NCBI GenBank assembly: GCA_965637545.1
Contig: OZ281501.1
Location: forward strand, 5,146,001 to 5,210,000
Direction: 5' to 3'
Origin: Phallusia mammillata
Taxonomy: Eukaryota
DNA: 64,000 nucleotides
Below, one piece after another: positions 10,981 through 23,417 of the stretch. Within the stretch, counting starts at the first letter, position 1; each line of letters opens with the position of its first letter. A program made the position numbers and the translations under genes. The notes under the pieces are model-generated. The model did not search any database. It saw only the letters and a program-made list of their open reading frames with translations, and was not told the origin of the DNA.

Positions 10981-13900
10981 ATGATGTTGAAACTGATTGC
11001 CTGCGTGGCGCTTCTGGTCGCAGTAACCAACGGACAAGGTATGGCGTAAAAACATAAACATTTTACGTACTTAACAGCTTATTTATTTTACGTACTTTTT
11101 TATTTCTATTTTTGTCATACATTACCCGGTTTTAACATAAGTAATAATGTCTTAAAGCCTATTTTTTTAAACCGATTTTTTAACTGTCAGCTGGCTAAGG
11201 CGTGGGTCTAGTTTTTGTTTTTACAAAGTAACATTATCTAATACAGGGCTCGGCAACCTTTTTTGCACTGCGGACCGGTTTTGAACCTGAAATTTCATCA
11301 CGGACCGCCTTTTAAAAAAATACAAATATTCTGCTATAAAACGTAAATACTTTAGTTAAATGCACGGGCAAAATATTTCAAAGCATTTAACCAGAAAAAG
11401 TATACGGGCCGGTAACGAACTCCTCGCGGACCGGCACTGGGCCGCGGCCCGGCGGTTGCCGACCACTGATCTAATATATGCACGCCTACAGGTATATGCG
11501 CAAAGTATTTTTTTGCTTCTTTTTTACATGACAAAATCTATGTCGTTTTGTCAGTTACTTTATTTAAACTGAGGAAAATCTAAAAATCTATCAAACAATA
11601 GCAAGTATTGCTCGGTCATTGGAACCTTTTTGGGTCTAAATTTTTAATAACAAATTTTAAAAAATATTTTAAAACCAAAAAGTTAGTGAAATCGTGTCAC
11701 AAGAATAATGTCGAGTGTGAATTTAGCCCAGAATCAATCCCGTTTTATGAAAACTGAAGCTCGAACATGATCCTAAAAGTTAAGCTTCACTTATTATCTT
11801 GCTTCAATGTGTGTAGATTTATCGTCTTGCGCTGGAAGATGTGACGATTATGTGAACCATAACTACAACTGTCAGTGTAACTCGTACTGCTTCGACTACA
11901 ACGACTGCTGTGACGATTACATCTCCGTCTGCGACTCCGGGTAAGATTGTTAATATTTTTAAAGTTTCAATAAGAAAAGTTATACGCTAGGGTTACCAGA
12001 CGTCCGTAATATTCCATAGGCTTGTCCGGAATTAGGACGTAAAATCTGTGTCCGGAAATATTTCATAGGCTGGTTTATATATACTTTGATTGAAACCGGA
12101 ATTTTGCCTACGCAGATATAGTAACCGTAATCTACATTATATAGTAAAAGTATACACTAGGCCAAATAATATAGGCATCCTCGTTATACTACTGGGTCGA
12201 ACTTGAAGCTTAATGCAACATCACCCAGTGACAAGTAATAAAAATTTAAAACATTTCAAAAATTCGAATCCGCTTTAAATATTCTTACAAATTTATTTTG
12301 CGGACAAAAGTTTAGTAAAAATTGATCAAAAACGGACTAATTTTATTTCTTTAAACCTACCAAAAACCGTGGGTGCAAAAACGAAATTATAAATTTATGG
12401 GGCAAATAACGATTTACCAATATTAACAGATTTAAATATTGAATTCACAGCAACACGTGCGCTGGCCGCTGCGATACCAATCTGGACAGCTCGAAACCGT
12501 GTCAATGTAACAGCTTCTGTGTTGAATATGGAGATTGCTGCCCCGACTACAGCACTCTCTGCAACTCGCCTGGAGGTGGAGGTTCATGCAGTAAGTGTTC
12601 TCGAAGCTAAACTGTGTAAACATATATTCGCTAGGTGTCGCTATTTGAAATGTAAAATGATAACTTGACAATTGAAATTGGAATAAAGTAAAATGAAATA
12701 AAAACAAATTATTAACATAAAAAAATGAAATAATTTTAATATAATTTTTTTTGAAAATTACTATCGCGAGAACTGACGTCATACAAAGTTTGGTAAATGC
12801 TGATAGGTGGCGCAAAGAGCACTGGTAAATATTTAAAAGAAACAGTTTGTAAAAACACTGACGGTTATGGCATTTGGATGATTTACAAGGGTTTTAAAGG
12901 TTTATAGTAAAATAAGAATAAAATTAACCAAGCTTTTTCCCAAACCCACCCTACTTAATTGAGAATTTAAATTCATGAAATAAAAATGAAAAAATATTTA
13001 TAAAACAGATTAATCAGTATCACAATGCGGCATAAGGTTATCAGATTTATTTTTTAAATCAGTAAAAATCCTGTAATGTAATTACAGTATTCCTGCTCAA
13101 AATAAACTCAAGCCTATTTTCAGGTCCTATTTCAATCAGCAATCAAGAGATTTTAACACTTTCGCAAACGCTTTGGGAATTGGATACAAACCGTGGCTCA
13201 TCAGATGAAGTAGTATTCAATAAACAAACCTCAACCACTGATTCTTCCACTGTAGACGTCTCACCTGATCCGTAAGTTCAAACTCTTACACGAGGCCTTA
13301 CGTAAGATAAGATAAACAGAAAGTCTACCAACACCATACCGCCTGGCGTATTCAATATTTTAATTTCCGGTAGGAGGCGCACGCAAATATTTTAAATGCA
13401 GCCAACTGGTTCGGCGCGCCTGACCCACATACAGAATGGAAAAAACCCTGATCGGGATTCGTCCCCGGGAATGTCCTGGGTTCGAACCCCGTGAAAAAAA
13501 AGAATGATAATAAAATCAACCTAAAGACCTAAGCTGACATGTGCAGCATACGAGGCAGGCAACGGCGCTTGTGATTGAACTTTCGGCGGACTCTCCACTG
13601 AGCCTGTGTAGCTCAGTTGGTAGAGCGCGAGTCCCAAAAAGACCCCTCTCGTTGGTTCGAATCCCACCGCAGGCTAGATTTTTCTAACCTACGCCTTGCC
13701 ATATGGGGGTGAATGCTTGGTGACCGGCTGATTCGGTATGGCGCCTTTAATGGCCCTAGCGTACTGTGATTTAAAAACCAAGTTCTTTATGTTATATTTA
13801 GTCCTTAACCCTTACCTCAGTTCACTGTTAATTTAAATAACTGCGCTTTTTACGCCATCTATCGGTATAAACTGTTTCTAATGTGAGTTCTTGTGTTGGG

Positions 13901-16900
13901 AGCTATACCCGTACCTCACGACAGGCCTACATTTAGCTAAATTTCGATAGGTGGCGTAAAGAGCACAAGTACCTCTTTGAAGCGGCATATCTCCAAAAGG
14001 GCTATTAGGGTTGGGGTAAGCATTATTATAAACAAATCAATAAACTAACTTTTAAGTGCTTAATGTAAAAAATTTAAAATCCTAGTTGCTAACCCTACCC
14101 CTCTTTGTGGCTGCTAAAAAACTAATTCCGCTTTTTGCGCCACCTATCGAAATTTAGCTAGATATGGAAACAGTGCTTGTGGTTCGGCTATCGGCGGGCT
14201 GGTCACTATTTGTCAAGTCCCTAGAAGACTTCTGTCGTGATTTCGGATCCCATCGCTATTACGCATTCATTAAGCACGGTGTATCTTACACAAAACGTTG
14301 AAAACATAAAACTTCCAAACATTTTCAGTTCTGATATTTTCTCTTTTTAGCTTTTTCACGTACGTGGATCCGGCTGTTTTGCAACGACCAACCTTCAGCT
14401 CCTTGATTTCACTTTTGGACAACTACCAAAAGTTCCAGGGTATTGATGAAGACATCACATCACAGGAATTGCAAGAGCAGAGCGACTTTTTGGACAACGT
14501 GCTTGCTACGTCTATTGGCCAGGAGCTTTATGCATTCCTTTCAAGCAAAAGTAAGTCGATACTTGGCTGAATTTGTTCATGTAACTCGCTTCGTTTACGA
14601 AAACAACTTTGCAATTCTTTGCATTTATGTCTGTAACTTTTTCTTTCAGCTAAGTAAAATTTACACTGGGATAAATTCAGCTTGGGTGAAACTAACCCTA
14701 GTGTTTAACTTAACCGGGGTGATTACTCCTGAGGTAAATGTTATATGCTTTTACCACCAAATATAAAGACACACTTTTCAAAAGAATTATAGTGATTCGC
14801 CTACTTTGGTCCAAATTGCTTTCACAATGTCCGCAGATAGCAATACACTTTTAAAGTAGTTGCCAACTTTTACAACGGTTCAGCTACAGGGTCCCGCTCT
14901 GAGTTGTAAACGGGCCTGAAATTGGAGCCCGAACCCGAAAGTACAAGCCCGAAACCCGGCCCGAATCCGAATCGTTTTTGAGAAGCCCGTTTAGGCCCGA
15001 AAGTTTGATGAACAGGACTATACTTGAAGTACCAGAAAATACCAAGACAACAAACACAATAGACAAATGGTCTCGAACAAGGCGTTTTAGGGCTGTTTGA
15101 GATTATTGGTCCGGTCCAGCAACTAGCTATTTAGCTAGTTCAGTTTATTAAAAAAATGCTGACACAAAGTGTAAAGTCAGACCCGAATCAAGTCATTTTT
15201 TTGAAAAACCTAAACCCGAACCCGGCCCGAAATGCCCGGCCCGACTTCCAACTCTGTTCCCGCTAACTGTTTATGGGCACGCAAGTTCGCATGTAGTCTT
15301 TCTATAGCATGTTGTTTGATGTCAGATCGTGCTACTAAACGGGTGAAAAACAAAGTACAATTAGAAATGGTCCATCTCTATTAAAACATAAATTAAAGCG
15401 AAATACCTTCGCGGGCCGGATAAAAAGCCGTCGTGGGCCATAGTTTGGTGACCTTGGATTAGTGTGTGGTAAAAAACATAAAATGATGACAAGGTTGCAA
15501 ACCAAACCATTTACGAAATCTCCGTATTAATCTTTTCAGACATGGCCGGTTGTAGTGACATTACCACTTTCAAGAGCTACCTCCAAAAGATGTGGTTTGA
15601 AATGTACAGCCGCAAGAACGGTGCCATGGATACAAGCGGGTAAGTATATCTAATTTTCGAAGTACAACCTTAAATCAAATCAAATGACCAACATAATTTT
15701 GCGTGAAAAAAGAAACTAATTTGTTCTTTATAACACTGTCGACTGATTTTAACCTGGAAATAAACATTTCCCAACTTGGGATCAGTGCCGGATTAACCAT
15801 TAGGCAAAGTAGGCACGTGCCTACAGGCCAGTCAAAAATCCAGGCCACTTTAAAATCACGCAATGATTTGGCAACACTGATAATTCTAATTTTTTAGTTG
15901 GCAACCCTGATTTTCGGGCCACTTATAAAATGTGCCTACAGGCCAGCAGACCCTTAATCCGTCACTGCTTGTGATATACAAATAACGAAAGGTGGAAATC
16001 GTTCCAACAATGGCAATGGAACAGCAAATAATTTCCAGAATGAATTTACCAGTATTTATTAAAAAGGTATTGGTAATATTTTGTAACTTACGTTGTGTTT
16101 TTCAGATTCGAGCACGTCTTTGTTGGAGAGATTAAGACTGATTACGTTTCTGGTTTTCACAACTGGGTCCAGTTTTATCTCCAGGAACAAAGCCAGAACT
16201 TAAACTACTACGGATATGTCGAATATGAAGAAGTAAGTTTTAACATATTGGGAAATATTTTAAAGGGTTAAATTTTTTTTATAATTTTGGAATGATAAAT
16301 TAATAGTAATCGGATAATTATAAAATTAAGGTGGCCGGTTAGACAATTCTATAAATAGGTAGCGCTGCTAATCAAAGAACTTAGATCAGACACAGTTTGC
16401 AAATTACAGATAGGTGGCGTAACGAGCACATTTATTTAAATCGTAGGGTTACGAACGAAATTTAATTTAAGAAACTAAGTTTTTTATTTACTTTTATTGT
16501 CAGAATTATTTTAACACTTTTTCTCAACCCCAAAAGTCCTTTACAAAATTTTTCTTTCAAAAATTTACAAGCACTCTTTGCGTTATCTATCGGCAAATTT
16601 TGCTTGACGAGAGTTCTTTTGTAAATGTACTTTCACAGTTGTTTGCTGGGCTTAGTTCAAACCTTAGCAGGTACTTGATTTAAATACAGAAGACTCAAAT
16701 CCCTATTATTACTAGATAGTCACAAATCCTTTCCTAAATACAGAATAATACTGATAATACTAACACAATAAAAAAATGCTTATTTAGAACGCATAAACAA
16801 AAATACATTGGTAGGCTCAAAGGAGAAAAAACTATCAGTCAAAAATTTAAAATTTCAAAAACCGAAACGGTGACCAGTTGGCACATTTTGTTACTGGTTA

Positions 16901-18756
16901 GTGTCTTATGTGGTGTCACATTCATATTACCACAACTTTATTTCCAAATTTAATGGCCTGTCAATGAAAAAAAAAGATAAATTAAAATAATTTTGAAAGC
17001 ACCTCATTCATTTAAATTTTAAAGTGTATATTAAAGGACAACGTGAAATAAAGAGATTGAAAAGCCGTGCCTTATATTCTCAAAGTATATTTAAACAGCA
17101 ATACTTAAAAGCATGTTAACAATACAATATGTTCCAAGTTATTAAGACAGTTTTGTATCGCCATTTTCCGTAAATTTACATACAAATAAAACGCAAAACC
17201 GTATCGTGTTGTCAATTTTTAGCCAAGATTGTCTGGCAGCCATTTCAACTGGGACGGATACATGAAGGGGCTTGGAGGATCTGCAGTTGGTGCCAGCCCT
17301 GAAGTAGAGCTCGCTCTTTTCACGTTGTGTCATATGGCTCGTCCTGACGGCCTGTAAGTCTATGAAGTCTGCTTTATGTAGTGTATGAAGTGTAAAGTGT
17401 AACCATGTTTTCAAGTCACATATATAAATATGGTAAATGTGCAATATAACATGTTTGCGGTTTTACTGACATTTTTTATGACCATCGATGAGTTTAAAGG
17501 CTTTCGGCGGGTTAACCACTGAGTCTGTGTAGCTCAGTTGGTAGAGCGCGAGTCTCGGAATAACTCCTGTCGTGGGTTCGAAACCCACCGCAGGCTAGCT
17601 TGTTCTAGTCTGTGCCTTGCCATATGGCAGGGGTCACCAAACTTTTTACACTGCGGGCCGGATAAGTTTAAAATTGATTCGCGCGGGCCGCATAGTTTAC
17701 ATGCCCCAGCGATTTTTATAGGGGCGCCAAGAGATGGCCTTTCCACAATCTAATTCAAAATCTGGTAATGCGACTGTTAAACTGTACAGCTAGTCTCATC
17801 ATACGAGCAATGCTTGTATATTACGTCACAACTAACAAAATAAGGCAATTGTTTGCACACAATTAACACTTGTAGTCCAATTTGTGACGTAACAAACCGG
17901 CTTTGGATTAATCTTGAGCGTTGTAATCCTTTGAAACTAGGTAATATCAATTCTACATATCGCGACAGGAAAACTTTCGTAAGGAGTAGATTAATTTTTG
18001 AATGTTACAAAGTTATCAACACGATTTGGCAAAACAAAAAATGTGGTCGCGGGCCGGATGAAATGACCTCGAGGGCTGGATCCGGCCCGCGGGCCGTAGT
18101 TTGGTGACCCCTGCCATATGGGAATGCTTGGGAGACCGGCTAAATCGATATAACGTGGGCCTTTAATGGGCAGCATAGTGACAAGATATTGACCATATGT
18201 AGTTGAATGTAGCTAAGCTTGGCAAATTATGAAATAAGTTACCTAAAATTAAACTGCTGCTGCAAATTCAATTACTTTTGTGTAATTGCTGATTTTTTGT
18301 CGCCTTTAACTCTGTGTTGGTGTTGTGTTCAATGGTGGGATTCAATTTGTTTGTCAGTCGGTTCTCTCACAAAAGTCATACTTTCAGCCGGTTCTGTTAC
18401 AAAAAGTCCATTGACAGTAGCCAGTAATGCTACCCGGTTCGCTAATCTCATAAAATGTTGTGAGACGGTTCAGTAGAACCGGTGCGAACCGGCTGAATCC
18501 CACCACTGGTTGTGTAGTATATGTGGCTACAAACCTGCTGTCCTTAAATCACCCTTCATATATTTTTTGTTCTGTCAAACGTTTTTTTTTTTGGGCTTCC
18601 AATAACACTTTGCATTTATATTTCGTCTGCAGGTGCACCGTTACACTTATGGACGGCGTCAATCCGGTATCAAGGCAAATCCAAACTTGGACTTGGTCCA
18701 ACACCACACCAGGGTCCGGTTTGAAGTACGTCGCTTCAGCTTACTTCAAAGTGTGA
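10981..18756 (+). CDS. ENDOU: EndoU-family endoribonuclease, paralog 2, with signal peptide and two somatomedin-B domains; 9 coding exons, ~383 aa
   Basis: Exons 10981-11038, 11817-11940, 12451-12590, 13124-13271, 14351-14550, 15540-15639, 16106-16232, 17223-17353, 18633-18756 (1152 nt). [18 protein letters not shown] leader; two SMB repeats (SCAGRC...CQCN..C....DCC.DY...C); [42 protein letters not shown] at ~18775. Core exon sizes 200/100/127/131 are identical to paralog 1. Confidence 0.95.
11244..11468. mobile_element. hAT MITE (CGGCCCGCGG family)
   Basis: TIRs CAGGGCTCGGCAACC / GGTTGCCGACCACTG; perfect TSD atctaata. Confidence 0.85.
13598..13766 (+). mobile_element. tRNA-derived SINE, near full length
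   Basis: A-box TAGCTCAGTTGG and B-box GGTTCGAATCC; acceptor stem GCCTGTG/CGCAGGC but a disrupted anticodon arm; the non-tRNA body is shared with at least three other copies. Confidence 0.85.
13934..14160. mobile_element. MITE with TAGCTAAATTTCGATAGGTGGCG termini
   Basis: 23-bp perfect inverted termini. Confidence 0.75.
14899..15256. mobile_element. hAT MITE (CAGAGTTG family)
   Basis: TSD gtcccgct/ttcccgct; multiple internal CCCGAA repeats. Confidence 0.8.
15783..15967. mobile_element. hAT MITE (CAGTGCCGGATTAA termini)
   Basis: Termini CAGTGCCGGATTAA / TTAATCCGTCACTG; TSD cttgggat/cttgtgat. Confidence 0.8.
17519..18180 (+). mobile_element. tRNA-derived SINE split by a hAT MITE
   Basis: SINE head 17519-17627 and tail 18114-18180 are contiguous in the uninterrupted copies. 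Confidence 0.85.
17628..18113. mobile_element. hAT MITE inserted into a SINE
   Basis: TIRs CAGGGGTCACCAAAC / TTTGGTGACCCCTG; perfect TSD ccatatgg. Confidence 0.9.
18330..18508. mobile_element. hAT MITE (CA(A/G)TGGTGGGATTCA termini)
   Basis: 15-bp TIRs; TSD gttgtgtt/gttgtgta; internal AACCGG repeats. Confidence 0.75.
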
Positions 18757-20099
18757 AGTCAATTTTGACGCTGAAATAAAATCGGCCACATGCACGAGTG
18801 TTTTTTGTGTTTCCACCATTTTGCTTTTCTGTTTTGCACCATAGCACCCTCTAGCGTCAGCTACTCGAGTTAATTCCCGCTTTTTCTGTTCTCGAATTTA
18901 CGCGAGTCCAAATTGTGAACAGACTTGACTCGGACTTTGTATTTGAAGGATTAGACTTTGACTTGGTACCTTAGCAACTAAAGGCTTTAACTCAACTTCT
19001 AACACCCACTTCTTAAACCCGTTTGAGTATCGTTGGATAGAATGCAAGAGTCCATTACGAGAATTGTAGCTAAATCTTGCATAACTATTAAGAAAACATC
19101 ATTGGTACTAAATACTACTTGTTACTGTTTATTGCAAGGCAAGCAGTTTTAATAAACAGGAACATACTTAGTAAGTAATAATTTTGCGGGCTTGTGAAAG
19201 TTTGAGCTATTTGAGTTGGGGTGAGGGTTTGTAATTAAATTAACACTATAATCTGGTCTCGGATACCTTTTTCTTGGCTAGAGATGTTGTAGTTATTTAC
19301 TATTTAAAGATTAATGCAGAAATTTGTCAATTATGTGATGTTTGACTTTTTTAACAAAACAGGCTTCTGGCGTAGGTTATATTGGCAACTATTTTTTTTA
19401 CAAAGCCGTGTCTTAATCAAGATATACCGTATACCGTATAAGTACAAAAGAGATAATTATCGGTAAAATAAGATATGTGCTGACACTTAACCGAAGGTTT
19501 TAGAAGAAAAGTTATAGCCGCTAGATAGCGTGGTGAGCACAAACTTTTGATTTTTCTCTGTGTAGAGCACTTAATTGTCACTGAATTGTTCGGTTGTTGT
19601 TTCTAGCATCCACAAATGTTTGTACGCAACGTTATTTACACAAGCTGTTGTGTTTAGAGACCAGTACAGTAAAGTGTGCGATTTTTACGTTTATGTGTTG
19701 GGTGCTTGGCAGTCGCTGGTATTTGACTATTGTTTTCATACTTTACATAAATTTAAATTTTAATTAGCTGTTTAACCACTTGTGGCGAGATGCAGTTCAA
19801 CTTTCCAAACTTACATCGTCCAACAAGTGGGCTGAGATTGCGTTTATGAACATCGCTAGAGGTTGGTGTAGTTCGACACTAAATATGAGGTTGTAAAAAG
19901 ATCAACATTTTTTGGGCAGCTACACTTGTTTTTATCCTCGGTGGGCGGGCAACGCATGAGCGTTAGTGTGATTGTGCTCACAATGAGTCTACCGTTGAAC
20001 CGCCTACCTTTTTACAAATATGTTCATTTTGTACTGGAAAAATATCTACGCCAATTCAGTTCAACCCAATTGGAGGTCAATGGGTTAAGGCAATGGCGC

Positions 20100-20172
20100 T
20101 AAATTTTTTAGCTCATTGACGCGCTTCGAACCCTCAACCTTGTGACTTGAAGGCTAACCACTCGGCCATCTT
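20100..20172 (-). mobile_element. Remnant of a second tRNA-derived SINE
   Basis: Minus strand GGCCGAGTGG (A-box) ... GGGTTCGAAGC (B-box) without an intact cloverleaf. Confidence 0.45.
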
Positions 20173-21421
20173 GTCAACGGCAAACTTCTTTGCGACCTTC
20201 AAGTTATGACAGACCTGTATTTCAAGAACCTAGGTCAGTGGTTCTCAACCGTTTATATTTGTGCCCTCTTAAAGTACCCATCAGAGCCTGCGCCGTCTTC
20301 TGCTGGTCTGTATAGATTGCTGCAACTATGGTGAGCGCCTATACTCATGCCTTACCGAAAAGCACCCCGTTTTTGAATAAGAAAATGTGTACTATGTAAA
20401 ACTGTACCTATAAGCAGTAGACAGTGCATACTGTTTCGATTATAAGGCCTCATCATTGCAGTTGGTGACGAGAGATCGGCCGCATTTATAAGGCCATTCA
20501 GCGACACTCCAGTTTGAATGTACCTAAACATTTTTTATAACTTTGCAGCTAACATAAAGAAAACGCACATACACGTTTGGGTCGTAGCTATTATATATTT
20601 TGTACAAAACAAGTTGTTCAACGGGACCGGAGAATAACGGATCAGCGCACGGTAAAAACAAGGCGAATACCGTAAACCTTCGGTCGTGATAACAAAAATA
20701 AAAGGCGAAAATCAACGCACGAATCAAAGTGGGAGAACTGACCACGGGAAAAATACGGCAAGTGGCAAAAAACGGGGTTTTACAGCGCAGAGAAAAATGC
20801 ACACAAAAAGTTCACGAAACAAAATTAAGGCGAAAATTTCCTCGAAAAATGTATTTGTTGGCGAGTTTAGCACATTTGTTGTAAATAGGGAACAATTTCA
20901 GTTGGTAGGATTCTGTGCCGAATTTTTCTAGTTTAGGCACTTTGAAAATATACCACTTACACAAGGCGACAGGTTTTTCTCCACACTGTCACATTGGAAT
21001 TATATGGACCGTATGCTTAAAATTTTATACATTTTTACACAAAACAAAGTTCAACTAAATTTATGATTTATACATTCTGCTGTGGCATTTTTTTTTAATT
21101 TTCAAAAGACCTTAAAAAGCTATTAATTGCGATATTTTACCAAACGAAAAATATAACTTTTGTTTACTAGTGAAAATATGTATTGAAAATTGCGCACCAA
21201 AACCTGTCACTTAAAACTGGCAAAATATTTCTAAACTTGTCAGTTTGGTTTCCCGATGTAAGGAGAAAGCATACGAACTGATAGCAAATCTGTTTGTTGC
21301 GTGAATTGAGAAGCAACGAATTAGGTAGCGGTATTTCCAGTCACGGTGCTGAACTTGTTTAGACCACAACTGGATGCTGTACTTTACCAGTGCGACTGTG
21401 CAGGCGTTTTATGCTTTAGGT

Positions 21422-21701
21422 CAGTGGTTCCCAACCGGGGACTAATTATAAACTTAGGGCTCGAAAGCCCACCCACGACAATTTCTGATATAAACTTAGG
21501 GGTTTGTTTTAATTTTGACATGTGGTTCGTATTTATACACTTAAGCTCTGGGAATATGGCCTATGAAGTTGATGAAAGACCCAATTTTAATCTATATTTG
21601 TATGGTTTTGCATCTGCTATGCAGTATGCTTGCGGGAATGAATTTGTTTTCAATTGTTAGGGAAGGAATTCGATAAAAGGCCGATGAAGGTTGAACCACT
21701 G
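21422..21701. mobile_element. hAT MITE (CAGTGGTTCCCAACC family)
   Basis: TSD ctttaggt/ctttaggg; body is similar to 1640-1880. Confidence 0.8.
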
Positions 21702-23327
21702 CTTTAGGGGACCACAAAATTTTAAAGTTTTATTTTAATGACTTCACAACTAAAGGTATATTGTTTATCTTGAGAACAAAGTATAACCTACATTAAAGAA
21801 TAGAAGTATCACCACAAAAATGTAATACCTTAAAAACTATAACGCATTTTTTATTGTTTAAATTCAAGTAAATTTCCGTAACTAAAAACCAAAGCCAAAA
21901 CCAAATTTTTCTAACTGTTCCAATAGAAAAGTCGTTTGGATTATGCCAAAATTTTTAAACTCGTGATTTCGTCATTTTCTTTGGTAACTATAATTAAATT
22001 TAACAACACCGGGGATTACTCCCCCCTGAAACAAGCCGTTGGCGAGTGCTAAAGCTAAAAATCATAAATTATTTATTAAATGCCATTCTAAGAAAAGATT
22101 CGATCCCCGATCTAATGTGTTTATAACAGATTTTATTCAAAACCATGTCAGCCCCGTTTTGAGCAAGCGTTTTTAGTTTTAAGCAATTTTGGCTGAATAC
22201 TTTGGCACAGCCAAGCCGTTGTGTTGCGTTGTGACATAATTAAGTGGTAGTATTGCGTTTTGGTTTTGACAAAAAGTGATAAAATAGAACTCCAAAAAAT
22301 TGTGGCATGTACAACGGATTTAAAATCTGTAAAAAATCAACGGCAGTTCGAACTATTACTGACGTTGTTGCCCTTTCAAAAGGTGTTACACTCACAAAAA
22401 AGGAAACACATAAAAAAGAAACAATTACAACAAGAAAAATGGGATAAAACGAGAGAGGAACAACAAAAAACCATGGTTTCACTTGGGTTTACGGGAAGAA
22501 ACAATTAAGTGCCTAAAAATATTCGCGTTTTTACGCAAAATGAAACGACAAGAAAAAACGCACGCCGTTTTTTATTAGAATTACAGAAACCGATAACTTT
22601 ATTTATTTATCTTTGACTTAACGGTCAAACCATGATTTTTAAACCGGAAAAAATATTGCTGAGCGTTTTTGCCACTTTGAGGCGCAAAACAGAAAAACAA
22701 GGCTGCGTTCAGCGAACCGTGACCACCGCTGTTGAAAAGGCTGATTTCGGTCTAAGGCACATTTTAAGAAGAGCGCAGAAAAACACGAAGAAAACGCGTC
22801 CAAGCGTGAACTTTGCAAGCGGGTGGAAGTCGAGCGCAACGAGAACAATCGACCCACTGTGATGTCACAATGGAAAGGGTCACTAAAGGCTTTAGGGAGT
22901 TAAAATAATCAAGTTTTCTTTGGCATATTTGCCGATTTATCCGTTTCCTTGAAATAGTGAACCTAAATGCATTCAAATGGGCAGGAATGATACTCTGCTG
23001 TGATCTTATTAGACTAAAGTGGGAAAAATCTTGAAAGTTTGATGGGTACAACTTACGCAATGTGTGATTTTCAACTCATATGCGATTTTAGCCTTTCGTG
23101 AGGTTTAAGCTACAAACTGTGAGCAGCCATGCGTAACACATCTTGCACGTGACCCAAAAGCGTAAACAAATACTTTTAAAAAGTAAAATCATATTTAAAG
23201 TGATTTTTGCCCAACTAATATCAAGCGTTTACCAGTTTATTTAAACCGTTTTTAACCAGTGATTAAAGATATTGTACGAATCTTGGAACATTATGCTAGC
23301 AATTGAGTCCTAATATTCATAGTAAAG

Positions 23328-23417
23328 TTATATAAGGCACAACCAATCAGCGTATAATACGTCACGTAGGCGGCTTGTGATTGGCTAAAAATGCCTGCGA
23401 GCGAACAACTATTATAA
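23328..23417. promoter_or_regulatory. Mirror-symmetric bidirectional promoter-like element (TATA-CCAAT-CRE-ATTGG-TATA)
   Basis: TTATATAA 23328-35, CCAAT 23343-47, TACGTCACGTA 23358-68, ATTGG 23380-84, TATTATAA 23410-17, in CpG-rich context. Confidence 0.55.

Noticed and set aside
13602-13675. tRNA gene (also 17522-17595 and 6780-6850)
   Set aside because: The anticodon arms are irregular and differ between copies, and all continue into the same non-tRNA body, so they are SINE heads.
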